From: Candidatus Bathyarchaeia archaeon
GTDB lineage: Archaea; Thermoproteota; Bathyarchaeia; Bathyarchaeales; Bathycorpusculaceae
Assembly (NCBI GenBank): GCA_049516875.1
Contig: JBEKSS010000001.1
Coordinates: 416,001 to 480,000 of the forward strand
Reading direction: 5' to 3'
Length of the DNA: 64,000 bases
The notes below the pieces were generated by a model. The model had not been told where the DNA came from and did not search any database. It worked only from the letters and a program-made list of their open reading frames with translations. Each line of letters begins with the position of its first letter. Position 1 is the first letter of the stretch. This document shows, one piece after another, positions 1-9,766 of this stretch. The translations under genes were made by a program, and so were the position numbers.

Positions 1-282
1 AAAATCTATACGAAAGACATGCCGCTGACAAAAGACGTGAGCATGACACAGCTGGCGACACTGGCCAAAAACTACTCTGGCGCCGACATATCAGCCCTCT
101 GCCGAGAAGCAGCCATGTACGCTTTAAGAAAAGACGTGAACACGAAAGAAGTCACAACGGCGGACTTCGATGAAGCCAAAAAGAGAATCGGACCGTCAAT
201 CACCCCTGACATGGAAAAATGGTACAAGAGCTTCATGCAGCAGGCCAGACAGGTGCAAAAACCCGCCACCCCGGTAGCCTAG
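1..282 (+). CDS. cdc48: Cdc48/VCP-like AAA ATPase, C-terminal fragment (5' end outside the window)
   Basis: AAA lid motif 'YSGADISALCREAAMYALR' and Cdc48-type tail 'DFDEAKKRIGPSITPDM'. Confidence 0.85.
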   Translation, partial: KIYTKDMPLTKDVSMTQLATLAKNYSGADISALCREAAMYALRKDVNTKEVTTADFDEAKKRIGPSITPDMEKWYKSFMQQARQVQKPATPVA

Positions 283-292
283 GTGACCAAAC

Positions 293-526
293 ATGCCCAT
301 GCCCACAAAAACCTGGAAAACCCTTCCCGCCTACTTCACATTAATTGCATTCCTGCAAAAGAAAGGCGCCGTAGCAGACACGGAGCTCTACGAAGCGTTA
401 ACCGATGAATTCGAAGACTTAGGCTACAAGGACTTCAGCGACCTGTTGATGCGACTGGAAATCAGCGGGAAAATACGCGTGACTTCCATGTCTCGCGGAA
501 AGAGACGGGTTGAGCTTCTAACGTGA
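293..526 (+). CDS. Small winged-helix hypothetical protein
   Basis: 77 aa; GGTGA RBS upstream; wHTH-like 'FSDLLMRLEISGKIRV'; tightly follows cdc48. Confidence 0.65.
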   Translation: MPMPTKTWKTLPAYFTLIAFLQKKGAVADTELYEALTDEFEDLGYKDFSDLLMRLEISGKIRVTSMSRGKRRVELLT

Positions 527-554
527 GAAACAGCAGGCCTGAAAAACGACCCGC

Positions 555-1781
555 GTGCAACAAATGAACGAATCTTCAGATGTGATAGTCGTCGGGGCAG
601 GCCCAAGCGGCTCCTTCACTGCCCTGAAACTCGCAAAACTCGGCAGATCCGTAACAGTTTTCGAGGAACACAGCCAAGTAGGAGTTCCCTCACACTGCGC
701 CGGACATCTAAGCATGAAAGGCCTGAAACAGCTAGGACTGCACCCACTTCCACCAGAAATAGTCGAAAACACTTTCTACGGTGCAAACTTTTTTTCCTCG
801 AAAGGAAACAGATTCTCAGTACGCCTTTCTCAACCAGTAACATGTGCCGTCGACCGTGTCAGGTTTGACGAGTATATTGCAGAAAAAGCACAAGATGCGG
901 GGGCAGGCTACAGCCTGAACTCCCGGGTCGAAGCTTTGATCATAAAAAACGCCTTCGCCGAAGGGGCAGTAGTCAAACAGGAAGAGACAGCTGAGAAAAG
1001 GCAGGCAAGCGTTGTCGTGGACGCGGAAGGAATATCCTCGACGATAATTAGGGAAGCAGGCCTGCCCAGACCTCAAAAATTTGTGAAAGGAGTAGAAGCA
1101 GATGTTGAAAACGTCAAAGACGCAGAGTCGGACGCCGTTGACGTTTATCTCGGAAACAGCTATGCCCCCGGCTTCTACGGGTGGTTGATCCCGAAGAAAG
1201 ATGGAACAGCAAAGGTTGGATTAGCCGCAAGAACGGGAAACCCAAAAGAGCTCCTGCAAAAACTCATGCTTAAACATCCAGCAGCCTCAAAGAAACTGCG
1301 ATCAGCAAGAACTTTGAAAGCCACGTTTCACCCGATAACGCTTGGAGGCCCAACCGCACAGGCCTATTCAAACGGGTTCCTAGCCGTCGGCGACGCAGCT
1401 TCACAAGTAAAGCCCACCACAGGAGGCGGCGTGATTCTTGGCATGACTTGCGCACGGGTCGCGGCTGAGGTAGCCTCTGAAGCCCTAGACAGAAACGACT
1501 TCTCCAAAGAGTTTCTAGCCAAGTACCAGAACAGATGCAGAGAACTCCTCGGTTTCGACATGAAAATCATGCTCAGAATGAGAAGAACGCTTGACGCGTT
1601 GTCTGACGAAAAAGTTGACGAGGCAATCGCCATGTGCGCAAAATTCGGCTTGGACAAAACCCTTCAAAACGTCAAAGACATAGACTTTCAGGGACAAACC
1701 GTTCTACATGTTCTGCGAAGCCCGCGCATGTTGACAGCTCTTGCCTACTTCTTTTTCGCTAACCTATCTGCGAACCTTTAA
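555..1781 (+). CDS. Geranylgeranyl reductase family FAD oxidoreductase
   Basis: GAGPSG Rossmann motif, 'YGWLIPK', 'VGDAASQVKPTTGGG'. Confidence 0.9.
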   Translation: MQQMNESSDVIVVGAGPSGSFTALKLAKLGRSVTVFEEHSQVGVPSHCAGHLSMKGLKQLGLHPLPPEIVENTFYGANFFSSKGNRFSVRLSQPVTCAVDRVRFDEYIAEKAQDAGAGYSLNSRVEALIIKNAFAEGAVVKQEETAEKRQASVVVDAEGISSTIIREAGLPRPQKFVKGVEADVENVKDAESDAVDVYLGNSYAPGFYGWLIPKKDGTAKVGLAARTGNPKELLQKLMLKHPAASKKLRSARTLKATFHPITLGGPTAQAYSNGFLAVGDAASQVKPTTGGGVILGMTCARVAAEVASEALDRNDFSKEFLAKYQNRCRELLGFDMKIMLRMRRTLDALSDEKVDEAIAMCAKFGLDKTLQNVKDIDFQGQTVLHVLRSPRMLTALAYFFFANLSANL

Positions 1782-1823
1782 AATCCCACATGGACAAACA
1801 GATACGGAAGGGCAGGTGAACCC

Positions 1824-2186
1824 ATGTCTGAGTTTCGTTACAAACAAGTCATAGTCTTCCGTTCAAACCTAAGGTTGAGCAAAGGCAAGATGTCAGCTCA
1901 AGCTGGGCACGCAGCGGTCTCAGCCGCAGAGGAAGCTCGCAAGCACCACAAAGAATGGTTTGAAGGCTGGTCTAGGGAGGGACAGTGCAAAATCGCCGTT
2001 AAAGTGAAAAACGAAGAAGAACTGACAGAGCTGGAAATAAGAGCCAGGGGAATGGGTTTGCCGTATGCACTGGTTATCGACAGGGGCCTCACAGAAGTCC
2101 CGCCTGGAACAGTGACATGTCTCGGAATCGGCCCTGCCCCCGTGGAAAAAGTGGACAAGATTACCCGCAGCCTTCCGCTTCTGTAA
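1824..2186 (+). CDS. pth2: Peptidyl-tRNA hydrolase Pth2
   Basis: 'KQVIVFR..L.LSKGKM.AQAGHA' and 'D.GLTEVPPGTVTCLGIGP'. Confidence 0.95.
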   Translation: MSEFRYKQVIVFRSNLRLSKGKMSAQAGHAAVSAAEEARKHHKEWFEGWSREGQCKIAVKVKNEEELTELEIRARGMGLPYALVIDRGLTEVPPGTVTCLGIGPAPVEKVDKITRSLPLL

Positions 2187-2199
2187 ACGGGCGCCAACT

Positions 2200-3585
2200 T
2201 TGCAAGCTCCAAAACTTGAAAAGCAGATAGGGATCGAAGTCTACGCCACCAGTTCAGCAGGCATCGGCGGAAGCATCCGCGAGAACGTTGAAGACTTCGT
2301 CGTCGAAGAAGTGTTGGTTGACGGCTCAAAGGCCCAAACAAAGGCTTCAAAAAGCTGCGTCAATAGCCAAGTGTTGGGCTGTTCAACGGCCAAGAACCGC
2401 TATTTGCTTTGCGTCATGGTCAAACGGAACTGGGACACACTTGTGGCTGTTGAAAACATCGCCAACCAGCTGGGCATAGGCTCAAGGCAAATTCAAATTG
2501 CAGGAATAAAAGACGCAAAAGCCCTAACCGCTCAATACATCACAATCGAAGGCGGTTCACCCGAACAAGCTCAAAAAATCCATGTCAAAGACATAGAAAT
2601 CCGCCCGTTGGGCTATCTGAACAACAGGCTCTCGGCCTACTACCTCTTGGGTAACAGTTTCCACATACGCATCAAAACCGTAAATCACCCCAAAAAAGTA
2701 ATCAATGAGAGAGTAACGAAAACGGTTGAAGAACTCAAAGCGATCGGCGGGATTCCTAACTTCTTCGGGCACCAACGCTTCGGAACAACCCGTCCGATAA
2801 CACATCTCGTCGGAAAAGCCATCATAAAAAAAGACCCCGAAAAGGCTGCAATGCTGTTCCTAGCTAAGCCAAGCCCGCACGAACACCCTTCATCGCGAAG
2901 GGCTCGCAAACAACTCCGAGCAACACGGGATTTTGAAGAAGCTTTGGAGGATTTCCCAAAACAACTACGCTACGAAAGATCCATGCTCAGACACTTGGTC
3001 AAACACCCAGAAGATTTCGCCGGGGCCTTTAGAACACTACCGTTCAAACTGCAGGAGATGTTCATTCAAGCATACGAGTCCTACTTGTTCAACAAGTTCC
3101 TGAGCAGAAGAATCGCACAGGGGCTACCGCTAAATATGGCTGAAGTCGGAGACTACGTTGTAGCCATAGAGCGCTCAGGACTCCCCGTGCTGACTATCCA
3201 CAAAACAGTCAACCTAGAAAGACGGACAGAAATCAACAACTTGATGCAAACTGGAAAACTGCGACTCGCAATTCCACTGATTGGATTCAAACAGTATCCT
3301 TCACTAGGAGTTCAAGGAGAAATCGAAAAACGAATCCTAGAAGAAGAAGACGTTTCTCCCAGAGACTTTCGTATATCCGCGATGCCTGAAATCAGTACCA
3401 AAGGAAGACTCCGGGCCGCCATAACTCCGATCAACAATCTCTTGACGGACGAAATCTCACTTGACGCAAATAGACCGTGTAGACACGAGGTTGAAGCAAC
3501 GTTCATGCTGTATCGCGGCTCGTACGCAACGATACTGCTAAGGGAAATCATGAAACCAAGAAGCATAATAAAAGAAGGATTCTAG
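2200..3585 (+). CDS. truD: tRNA pseudouridine(13) synthase TruD
   Basis: 'EDFVVEE', 'AGIKDAKALT.Q', 'PNFFGHQRFG', 'GSYATILLREIMK'. Confidence 0.95.
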   Translation: MQAPKLEKQIGIEVYATSSAGIGGSIRENVEDFVVEEVLVDGSKAQTKASKSCVNSQVLGCSTAKNRYLLCVMVKRNWDTLVAVENIANQLGIGSRQIQIAGIKDAKALTAQYITIEGGSPEQAQKIHVKDIEIRPLGYLNNRLSAYYLLGNSFHIRIKTVNHPKKVINERVTKTVEELKAIGGIPNFFGHQRFGTTRPITHLVGKAIIKKDPEKAAMLFLAKPSPHEHPSSRRARKQLRATRDFEEALEDFPKQLRYERSMLRHLVKHPEDFAGAFRTLPFKLQEMFIQAYESYLFNKFLSRRIAQGLPLNMAEVGDYVVAIERSGLPVLTIHKTVNLERRTEINNLMQTGKLRLAIPLIGFKQYPSLGVQGEIEKRILEEEDVSPRDFRISAMPEISTKGRLRAAITPINNLLTDEISLDANRPCRHEVEATFMLYRGSYATILLREIMKPRSIIKEGF

Positions 3586-3588
3586 TAA

Positions 3589-3911
3589 TAGCGCGCATGC
3601 CTGTTCCTAAATCCGTTTGTGGGTTGGATGTGTTTGCTTCTTCGTTTCCGTTCTTTGGCGGCTGCGGTTCCAGAGTATGCAAACCGTCGCCAGGATGATG
3701 CGAGGCCTTGGGCTGTTGCGAGTTGGAAATTACAGTTTTTGATGGTGCACTCGCGCGTCACCAGAGGTTACCCAAATCTAGGCTTGTGTGCTGACACACC
3801 CTACCCCGGGTCTACTGTATGATACAAATATGATCCAACACGGCGACAGCGTGCCCTCTGCCGCCCAACTTTGTTGCAGCTTAGAAGGGAATTTAGGACA
3901 CATGCGCACTA
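3589..3911 (+). ncRNA. Candidate ~320-nt structured non-coding RNA of unknown family
   Basis: Paired termini (TAGCGCGCATG..CCTAAAT with ATTTAGG..CATGCGCACTA) plus several nested helices with G-U pairs on the + strand; no convincing ORF. Confidence 0.5.
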
Positions 3912-4017
3912 AGGCCTAGTGTGGAGGTCCCTTTGTGTGTGTCGAAGCGAAATAGCGGCCAATATTCTAAAGCTTTATCACTTGGTGAATCGTGAATAGT
4001 GGACAAGATGACTTGCT

Positions 4018-5025
4018 ATGGAAGCAGCTGAAGCCGCAAGAAATGCCCTAGAGTGTGTTCTGGAAGCAAAGAAGGGCGAAACGATCATGATTTTTTGTGA
4101 CGATGAAAAGATGGACGTCTGTGAGCCGTTTTCCATAGGCGCCCTGAAGCTAGGCCTGAAAACACGCTTGGTCAAGCTGAAGACTGAACCGACCCTACGA
4201 AAAGAGATTCCTCCAGAGATCAAAGAAATCTTCACGAAACAAAGAACAGACATTTTCGTCAACTTGCTGCGTGGAAACCGAGAAGAGACAACTTTCAGGA
4301 TAAGGCTCACCGAGATGGAAACCGAAGACCACAAAGCACGCCTTGCCCACTGCCCGGGCATCACACTGGACATGCTGACCGACGGCGCCCTAGCCCTAAC
4401 CATAAAAGATCATAGAAAAATGCAAAACTTCGCAAGCAGTTTGATCCAACAGCTAAGACAAGCATCCCGTGTGGAAATAACAAACTCAGCAGGCACAGAC
4501 ATTTCGATGAGCGTTGAAAGAAGGCCCTTCTTCACGGATACGATGATAGACTGGAGCAGATTAAGTTGGATGAACATGCCAACTGGAGAGGTCACGGTGG
4601 CACCTGTTGAAGATTCGCTTGAAGGCGAACTGGTCTGCGACATGGCGATAGGCGGAATAGGCCCAATAAAAGCGGCTGTTGGGATCACGGCAAAGGATGG
4701 AAAGGTGCAGAAAACCAAGTCTCAGGACGATCAAGTACTGAGAAGTGTTGAAGAATCTTTAGAGACTGACAGCCGAGCAAAAATCGTAGGCGAATTTGCT
4801 TTCGGAATTAACCCAAAAGCAAGATTTGTTGAGGAGTTTCTCGAGGCTGAGAAGATCCTTGGCACGGTTCACATAGCCTTTGGCAACAACTCGGACATGC
4901 CTGGCGGAAAGAACCCGTCAAGTAACCACATGGACTTTCTTATATCAAAACCTACGGTCAAAATCGTCAACGAGGACAGCTCCACTTTAGATGTGCTCGT
5001 AGACGGAACGTTCAAACACTTGTAG
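4018..5025 (+). CDS. Aminopeptidase, M29/aminopeptidase T-like
   Basis: 'NMPTGEV', 'GEFAFGIN', 'EAEKILGTVHIAFG', 'NHMDF' metal-binding motifs. Confidence 0.88.
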   Translation: MEAAEAARNALECVLEAKKGETIMIFCDDEKMDVCEPFSIGALKLGLKTRLVKLKTEPTLRKEIPPEIKEIFTKQRTDIFVNLLRGNREETTFRIRLTEMETEDHKARLAHCPGITLDMLTDGALALTIKDHRKMQNFASSLIQQLRQASRVEITNSAGTDISMSVERRPFFTDTMIDWSRLSWMNMPTGEVTVAPVEDSLEGELVCDMAIGGIGPIKAAVGITAKDGKVQKTKSQDDQVLRSVEESLETDSRAKIVGEFAFGINPKARFVEEFLEAEKILGTVHIAFGNNSDMPGGKNPSSNHMDFLISKPTVKIVNEDSSTLDVLVDGTFKHL

Positions 5026-5087
5026 ATTTGTACATTTGAAATGTTTAAATGCAGAAAGCAAATTCTATGACTGGAAGGTCAGGACGC

Positions 5088-5351
5088 ATGTCTGACAAAA
5101 CAGAGGAGAAATTGCCCATATCCGACTTCTACAAAGTCGTCGACTCCGTGACCATTTTCAAAAATCAGAAATGGTGGGAAGCCATAGTTGTCTTTGAATC
5201 ATACGGAAAACGGTCAATCGGCATGTACCTCTGGCAAAAAAGGGAAGACATCTGGAAGAGAAAACACAAATTCAACGTCAGGAATTTAGAAGAATGGAAC
5301 AAGCTCAAAAACGCTGTAGAACAACTCGCACCTAAACTCGCGACAAAATAA
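5088..5351 (+). CDS. Conserved-looking hypothetical protein
   Basis: Clean ORF, probably starting at MSDK; Trp/Lys-rich beta-strand content. Confidence 0.6.
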   Translation: MSDKTEEKLPISDFYKVVDSVTIFKNQKWWEAIVVFESYGKRSIGMYLWQKREDIWKRKHKFNVRNLEEWNKLKNAVEQLAPKLATK

Positions 5352-5423
5352 TCCGTTTTTGCAATTCAGCATTTCAATTCTTATTCCAGATTAAGATCTG
5401 AAATTGAATAGTCTTATTACTCG

Positions 5424-5873
5424 ATGCTTGGAAACAAAAACAAGGCGAACAGTATGGATGCCTTAGAGCAAGAAACACAGCAAACTCCAGAAGACTGGGA
5501 AGAAGTGGGCGAAGAAAGTCTGGAGCAAGAACATGAAACAGGCCAGAAGACTGAGAAGGAAGAGAACGAGACAGCAGAAGAGAAAGTGCATCAAAAAAGA
5601 AAAAAGAATGAACGAAAGCGTGTATCTAATCTGACGCAGGACAGAAGCAGCTTTGTCCATGGACTTGCCGCCGGTCTTGGCATCGGATGCATAGCGGCAT
5701 TTGTCATGATGTGGATAGCAGTGTTTTTCACTCCGCGAATATCATCAGGAATCACTTATGAAGCCATGTTGTCAACGTTCATTTATCCACTAATCTATCT
5801 TTTCGCACTCGGTTTGATCGCATTAACAGTGGGCATCGTAAGGGAATTTTACCCTGTGAAAAGCCGAATCTGA
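5424..5873 (+). CDS. Membrane protein with acidic N-terminus and two TM helices
   Basis: Glu-rich N-terminal half, two hydrophobic segments at the C-terminus. Confidence 0.7.
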   Translation: MLGNKNKANSMDALEQETQQTPEDWEEVGEESLEQEHETGQKTEKEENETAEEKVHQKRKKNERKRVSNLTQDRSSFVHGLAAGLGIGCIAAFVMMWIAVFFTPRISSGITYEAMLSTFIYPLIYLFALGLIALTVGIVREFYPVKSRI

Positions 5874-5971
5874 ACGCAAAACACATAGTGTGCTCTAAAG
5901 CTGTGTATGACGCACAAACAGCAGCATGGATTATTCCGGATGACAACTAGAAAGTGGGGTATTCTAGTCCT

Positions 5972-6733
5972 TCAAAAGGTGTATTTGTCACCTTCAGATA
6001 AGATGCGCTCTAAAGCCGCATTGAAGCTCAGAATCCCCTCCGCTTGTCTTGGCTGAAATGGGAGTCAACAGAAACTTCAAGCCCAGTTTGTAAATTGCCT
6101 GCATCACGTTTCTGCTCAGCAAACGCTTCGTTCCCTCAAGTTTTTCATCAATTGCGGATGCCAAGGCATTTGGGTTAGATGACCAATCCACAACCTTGTT
6201 GACCTCTTGTTTGGGGAGCAGATCACACTTCGACAAAAGATGCACTTGAGGTAGGAGGAAGCGGGTGTAGACCGCTGACGAGAGAAAAAGGTTTGAAACG
6301 TAGTTAAGCGGGTTAACCGAAAAAACGGCGTCAAACAGGTAAACTATGGCTTTAGGTTCTTTGGTGAGCTCGCTGCGATGTATGGTCCGCTGGCTCTGAA
6401 AGCAAACAATTCCATCTGCCCCGAGGTGTCCACCAAGACTATGTCAGATTGCAACTCCTCAATCTCCTTCGAAATCTTCTCCACTTGATCCGCGATCAAG
6501 TCTGCAGCCATTATCAAAGCCCCGTTTGGACCTAAACCATACTCTTCCATCAAGCTCCCAACATCAACTTAGTCGCGAACATCCACTTCGGGCGAGTACG
6601 GAAGCGTTGACACTCCCGGGTCTAGATTCACTGTCACAACGTCCTGCTTAGACATTTTCAACCATTCGCCAAAAGTCGCCGTAAGCTGAGATTTACCAGA
6701 ACCAGCAGTTCCTATTATGAAAACAATAAACAT
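5972..6733 (-). pseudogene. GPN-loop GTPase pseudogene
   Basis: Begins MFIVFIIGTAGSGKS; has 'NLDPG', 'GLGPNG', 'DTSGQME'; in-frame TAA at 6569-6571 and frameshifts near 6370 and 6035. Confidence 0.85.
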
Positions 6734-6812
6734 GCCCTAACAACACACCTGCCCAAACATGAAACGCCGCGCATGATATCAGGACTTCACTCCGAAGTTC
6801 AAGCTTTTCTTG

Positions 6813-7973
6813 TTAAGAAGGAATATCTGGCGGCTGAGGTTCAGACGGCTCTGAGCCGGCGTGCCTTGACGCTAAAAACACAACTATACCGACGCTGACC
6901 AAAACCACAGTCATACTCAATAATGCAATGAAAAACCATGACAAAACCGTTACAGTTCTCGTCGGGCTGTCTCCAGCAGCGTAATTCTCATTTCCAGACC
7001 AGCTTGCGCGAAGATAACATATACCGGAAACGCCTGAGAGCCAGACGTATGTGAAACACCCACTGGAGTCTGTGGAAGCTGTGCCCAGTTCTGACCAGGG
7101 CAGACCGTTTGCTTTGATGTAGATTGTGATTGTTGTGTTTTGCAGAGGCTGTGAAAGCTGCCCTGAAAGCGTGAGTGAGCTTCCCTGAGTTAGAAACGCG
7201 GATGAAATGTCCAGTGAAACGGTTGAAACTGCCAAGGCATTGTAGCTTGCCGTAACCTGCCCTGGAGCAGATTGTTCACAGTTTTCAAGTGTTACAACTT
7301 GCACTGTTGCATTCGTCAGATCATCTGGGCATTCACCAACTCTCCATCCTTCCTTCCAGTTTTCTCCTGTGCATTCAGCCATGTAGTATCTTATACCGTC
7401 ATGCAGCACGTAGTCGATTTCCCCCCTTGCACAGCGTGGCTCATGTGAAAGGTTCACGCCGATGTTCATGTGCTCCTCGCTTTCATAGTAAAAGAGCACT
7501 ACGTCCAGCCCGCCGGCTTTCATGATAGACGCTGCGATGTAAGAGAACAGGTCGCAATCTCCTTTGTTTGCCGCAATTGTCTCAACTGGATATTTGGGAG
7601 GCTTGGTCTCTTCATAGGGTATTTGGTGGACAATCATCAAAACGCCGTTTGCAAAATCCTCGTCGTCAGAGTATATTTCTCGCAAACAGTCAGCGATCGG
7701 TTTCAAAGCATGAGGCGTGATGAATATAGCGAAGTCATTTTCGGAAATCTGTACATGACTCTTCTCAACATAGTACTCCAGGAGTGACTCTGAAACTACA
7801 ATATTCAACCTGTAATGTGTGGACCCACTTGGGCGGTCTAAGAGTTCATAGACAAAGGCATAATTCGCTGACAAGACACTAGGAGGCAAGCATGAAAGGC
7901 TAACGGAAACAATCAGCACAACGAAAACTAGTTCAGACTTAATCTTCATCTTCATCTGGAAATGTTGTTGCAC
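6813..7973 (-). CDS. Secreted, membrane-anchored transglutaminase-like protein with Ig-like domain
   Basis: Signal peptide; 'KGDCD', 'EHMNIG', 'YMAECT' putative Cys-His-acid triad; Ig-like beta region; C-terminal TM helix. Confidence 0.7.
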   Translation of the reverse strand: MQQHFQMKMKIKSELVFVVLIVSVSLSCLPPSVLSANYAFVYELLDRPSGSTHYRLNIVVSESLLEYYVEKSHVQISENDFAIFITPHALKPIADCLREIYSDDEDFANGVLMIVHQIPYEETKPPKYPVETIAANKGDCDLFSYIAASIMKAGGLDVVLFYYESEEHMNIGVNLSHEPRCARGEIDYVLHDGIRYYMAECTGENWKEGWRVGECPDDLTNATVQVVTLENCEQSAPGQVTASYNALAVSTVSLDISSAFLTQGSSLTLSGQLSQPLQNTTITIYIKANGLPWSELGTASTDSSGCFTYVWLSGVSGICYLRASWSGNENYAAGDSPTRTVTVLSWFFIALLSMTVVLVSVGIVVFLASRHAGSEPSEPQPPDIPS

Positions 7974-8039
7974 GCGAAATTTATGGCACTTATGAAGAGT
8001 GAATCAATAGCGAAAAAATGGTCTGACCGTCCACATTAA

Positions 8040-8327
8040 ACGTTCATGAAAGCGCGCGCCAAAACAAGGGAGTTCATCCGAAAAAAAATATCTCAATGCC
8101 CAACTTGACTGAAAGATCTGATTTTTCTTTGAAGTCGACAAAATCGTGAACATAAGTCGGCATTTGTTGGACAAAACGGTCTGAACGCTCCCTGAGAGGA
8201 CGTAGCAGAACATGTTCTGTGAAGCCAATCTCGTGGATTTTTCTTTTTTTGCAACATTGACACAATCTGCCATACTTCCCTCAGCGTCAGGAGAAGCTCG
8301 CGTGTGAACATGATAATCTGTAATCAT
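8040..8327 (-). pseudogene. Truncated, frameshifted PHP-family (histidinol phosphatase-like) gene
   Basis: 'MITDYHVHT' and 'IGFTEH...KLGIEI' lie in different frames around a poly-A run; the C-terminal half is missing. Confidence 0.75.
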
Positions 8328-8377
8328 CTTATTCCACCTAGGCACAACCAAGAGAAGAGAACGTTGGAAACCTTACG

Positions 8378-9193
8378 TCATTTTGTGATTTTTCCACCGT
8401 TCTTCTGAACAAGTTCAGATAGTTGCGACACAGCCATGTCCAAACGGTTTCTGGCAGCTGAAGTATCATCGGCAGTTGTTGAGAAATGAAGTTCGATATG
8501 TGACTTTTGCCCCTCGATCTGCACTGGAGACCTCGTGTAGACATGTGATTTCACGTAAACGTAAGGGTTGTTATGCATGACTTGGTCAATCAATGGTGCC
8601 AAGTTTGACTCCATAATGCCATCTGCGTAAATGCTTACCTCAAAAAATGCAGATTTCCCAGCCTCTTTCTTGATGGTCTCTACCAAAGACTCGTTAAAAA
8701 TGGCTTCCATTTCGGGAGGAACTCCTGGCAAAGCTATTATGAACGTTCCTTTCACCTTCGCCATCATACCTGGAGCGGTGCCAACAGGATTGGGCAGTGG
8801 CTCTGTGTCTTCGGGCAAGGTTGCCATTTTAACCCGTGGCGGTGTCAGTTCGACCTTCTCGATTCTCCCCTGCTTGAGGTAGGCATCATACTTCTCTCTT
8901 ACCATTTTCAAAGCTTTTCCGTTGACTTCGAGCCTGCGATTTAGACCTTTGGCGATTCCTTCGAGTGTTTTATCGTCAAAAGTCGGCCCCAATCCCCCTG
9001 TTGTTATTACGAACTTGGGTTTTCGGCGTAATGCTTCCTGAAGAGCTTCTGCAATTTCATCCACATCATCGCCTATGACCGTAATTCTCTTCACCATCAG
9101 TCCTAGTGAAGTGACGCGTTTAGCCAGCCAAGTGGCGTTTGTATTCAAAGTTTTTCCGATCAGCAATTCATTGCCAGCACAGATTATTTCCAA
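8378..9193 (-). CDS. CinA-like (molybdopterin-binding domain) protein
   Basis: 'GNELLIGKTLNTNA', 'TTGGLGPTFDDKT', 'NPVGTAPG', 'LPGVPPEM'. Confidence 0.9.
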   Translation of the reverse strand: MEIICAGNELLIGKTLNTNATWLAKRVTSLGLMVKRITVIGDDVDEIAEALQEALRRKPKFVITTGGLGPTFDDKTLEGIAKGLNRRLEVNGKALKMVREKYDAYLKQGRIEKVELTPPRVKMATLPEDTEPLPNPVGTAPGMMAKVKGTFIIALPGVPPEMEAIFNESLVETIKKEAGKSAFFEVSIYADGIMESNLAPLIDQVMHNNPYVYVKSHVYTRSPVQIEGQKSHIELHFSTTADDTSAARNRLDMAVSQLSELVQKNGGKITK

Positions 9194-9488
9194 AGAGCGT
9201 TCACCTTCGTTTCTAGTTTACTGGCTTGTGGAATATAACTATCGCTCAGAGGCAAGGCTTGTGTTCATGAACGTAGTTATTCTTCATTTCTTGGAGATCT
9301 GAAAATTGTTTTGAAGGCACAGAATAGAGAAGCAACAGACGTTACGCTTCTGACGTGTGCATGTTCCTTGCATGAGATTGAAAATTCGAGTAGACGATAT
9401 CTCCAAACCTAATGAGATTATTAGAATGAACGATTTCCTAGCACCATGCTATTTGCTGTTTTTCGGTTTCGAAAGCTGCGTGAAGTGC

Positions 9489-9695
9489 CTATTGTTTCTT
9501 GCTTAGATACCATTTAAGGTATTCTTTTTTCTTCCTTTCCCGTTCCTCTTCCTTGGATTCCAAGTTGGGTCTCAGTTTATCTCTTAGTTCCATCAGTTCT
9601 TGCTGAGTCACGGACAGTCCGCAGCTCTTGCACACGTAATGTTTTGTGGCTATCATATACTGCATTTCGCCACCGCATTCTGGGCAGTAGGGCAT
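9489..9695 (-). CDS. Small Zn-ribbon protein
   Basis: CPECGG...CKSCG followed by a charged helix. Confidence 0.75.
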   Translation of the reverse strand: MPYCPECGGEMQYMIATKHYVCKSCGLSVTQQELMELRDKLRPNLESKEEERERKKKEYLKWYLSKKQ

Positions 9696-9766
9696 TCTTG
9701 TTCACTTTTTTTGTCTCATGAAGTGAGAATGGTTTGAGAAATAGCTTTCGGCTGTGGCGGGCAAGT

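Noticed and set aside
3589-3911. RNase P RNA or SRP RNA, given the size
   Set aside because: No GAGGAA-GUCC or ACAGAA-GCUUA P4 motifs and no SRP helix-8 motif seen on either strand
6569-6571. Stop-codon recoding (Sec/Pyl) in the GPN GTPase
   Set aside because: The codon is TAA, and the gene also has two frameshifts
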